Source: Octopus bimaculoides
Taxonomy: Eukaryota
NCBI RefSeq assembly: GCF_001194135.2
Contig: NC_068990.1
Location: 6,182,485-6,231,471, forward strand
Direction of reading: 5' to 3'
Length of the DNA: 48,987 nucleotides
Within the stretch, counting starts at the first letter, position 1. Each line of letters opens with the position of its first letter. Both the position numbers and the translations under genes were made by a program. The notes beneath the pieces were generated by a model. The model saw only the letters and a list, made by a program, of their open reading frames with translations, did not search any database and was not told the DNA's origin. Below are positions 47,643-48,987 of this stretch, piece after piece.

Positions 47643-48078
47643 CATCAGCATCATCATCGTTTAACGTCCGCTTTCCACGCTAGCATGGGTTGGATGATTT
47701 GACTGAGGACTGGTTGACCAGGAGGCGACACCAGGCGCCAATCTGATTTGGCAGAGTTTCTACAGCTGGATGCCCTTCCTAACGCCAACCAGTCCGGGAG
47801 TGTAGTGGGTGCTTTTACGTACCACCGGCACGAGGGCCAGTCAGGCGGGTACTGGCAACGGCCACGCTCGAAATGGTGTATTTTACATGCCACCTGCACA
47901 GGGCCAGTCCAGGGGCACTGGCAACGATCTCGCTCGAATGTCTTACTGGCAAAGGCCACGCTCGAAATGGTGTATTACGTGCCACCTGCACAGGAGCCAG
48001 TTCATCGGCACTGGCAGTGATCTCGCTCGAATGTCTTTTCACGTGCCAGGAAGGCAACGTTGGTAACGATCCACGGCC
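47643..48078 (-). mobile_element. RTE 3' UTR-type copy with internal tandem sub-repeats
   Basis: Reverse complement of the same tail family as 28723-29054; (CAT)n at the left end. Confidence 0.88.
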
Positions 48079-48786
48079 ACGTTATACAAGTTATACAATT
48101 AAACCATCATGGAGCACTTAGGGTCCTACAAAGAATAATTGAGGAATCTTATCAGTATAATTCTTTGATTTTTTTTACCAGTGTAATACTCTGATAACTC
48201 TAAATGCTTTCAGTCTGTTGTTAAGAAAGTCACAGGTATATTTCACACTACACAATTTCAAAGAACTGCAGCTGTTGATTCATCGTATCTTTAGTCTGGT
48301 CACAAGTATTTCAGATAGTAAATAATATATATGTACAAATATGTGTGTTGTTAAACAAAGAGAAAGAGAGAAAGATGGGTTAAGTGGAACTAATAGTAGA
48401 CTATGTAACTGAGTACTTGATTTAAAATATTTCTTCGTTTTAAGATACTTAAGGTGTAGGTAGAAACTCCATAAGATGTACCCAGTGTAAGCTATGGACA
48501 CATAAGAGGTACAGCAACATCAAAGGAAGATTAACCAGGGCTTTACGTTGTGAACAATGGGTCATGTTTTTCATACTGACACAGACTGCATATATAAACA
48601 CCTTCCTTTTCCACTTCTCAGGCCACTTGTATTATTTCAGTCTGTCTGGGTTCAACATTTTTTTTGATTAGGGTACAACCTAAAAGGAAAGCAATACTAG
48701 TTTACATCATAGCATAGCGTTCAAAATAGTATTTCATTTCTTGTTTAAACAGCGGTACCAATTTGAAATTCACACTCTGCATATAT

Positions 48787-48935
48787 GGCTGTGTGATAAG
48801 AAGCTTACTTCCCAACCACATGGTTCCAGGTTTGGTCCCACTGCATGGTATTTTGTGCAAGTGTCTTCTACTATAGCCTTGAGCTGACCAAAGCCTTGTG
48901 AGAGTGGATTTTGTAGACAGAAACTGAAAGAAGCC

Positions 48936-48940
<5 letters not shown>
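48787..48940 (+). mobile_element. SINE family A head followed by (TA)n
   Basis: ggctgtgtgataagaagcttacttcccaaccacatggttcc..gaaactgaaagaagccc. Confidence 0.88.

Positions 48941-48987
<47 letters not shown>

Overview
Eukaryotic, AT-rich, microsatellite-dense draft-assembly window with 8 N gaps. The repeat families and zinc-finger style look like an octopus-type cephalopod genome; this is inferred, not verified. Two protein-coding genes are supported, arranged head to head. (1) CIAO2A/FAM96A on the minus strand has 5 exons (32352 to 22537) and encodes 145 aa; the ORF track shows only one of its exons recognisably, and I rebuilt the gene from splice sites. (2) An 18-finger tandem C2H2 zinc-finger gene on the plus strand has a single coding exon at 39779-41353. 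The rest is mostly tRNA-derived SINEs, RTE LINE pieces (one near-full-length decayed copy interrupted by a younger one), relics of restriction-like-endonuclease LINEs, MITEs, a probable solo LTR and simple repeats. Almost all other ORF-track entries are microsatellite or N-gap artefacts. The most unusual object is a ~225-bp inverted repeat upstream of the ZNF coding exon. Each arm carries a type I hammerhead-ribozyme fold, the plus-strand copy has a canonical core, and a decayed Penelope-like RT lies next to it. No prokaryotic systems (CRISPR, operons) are present.
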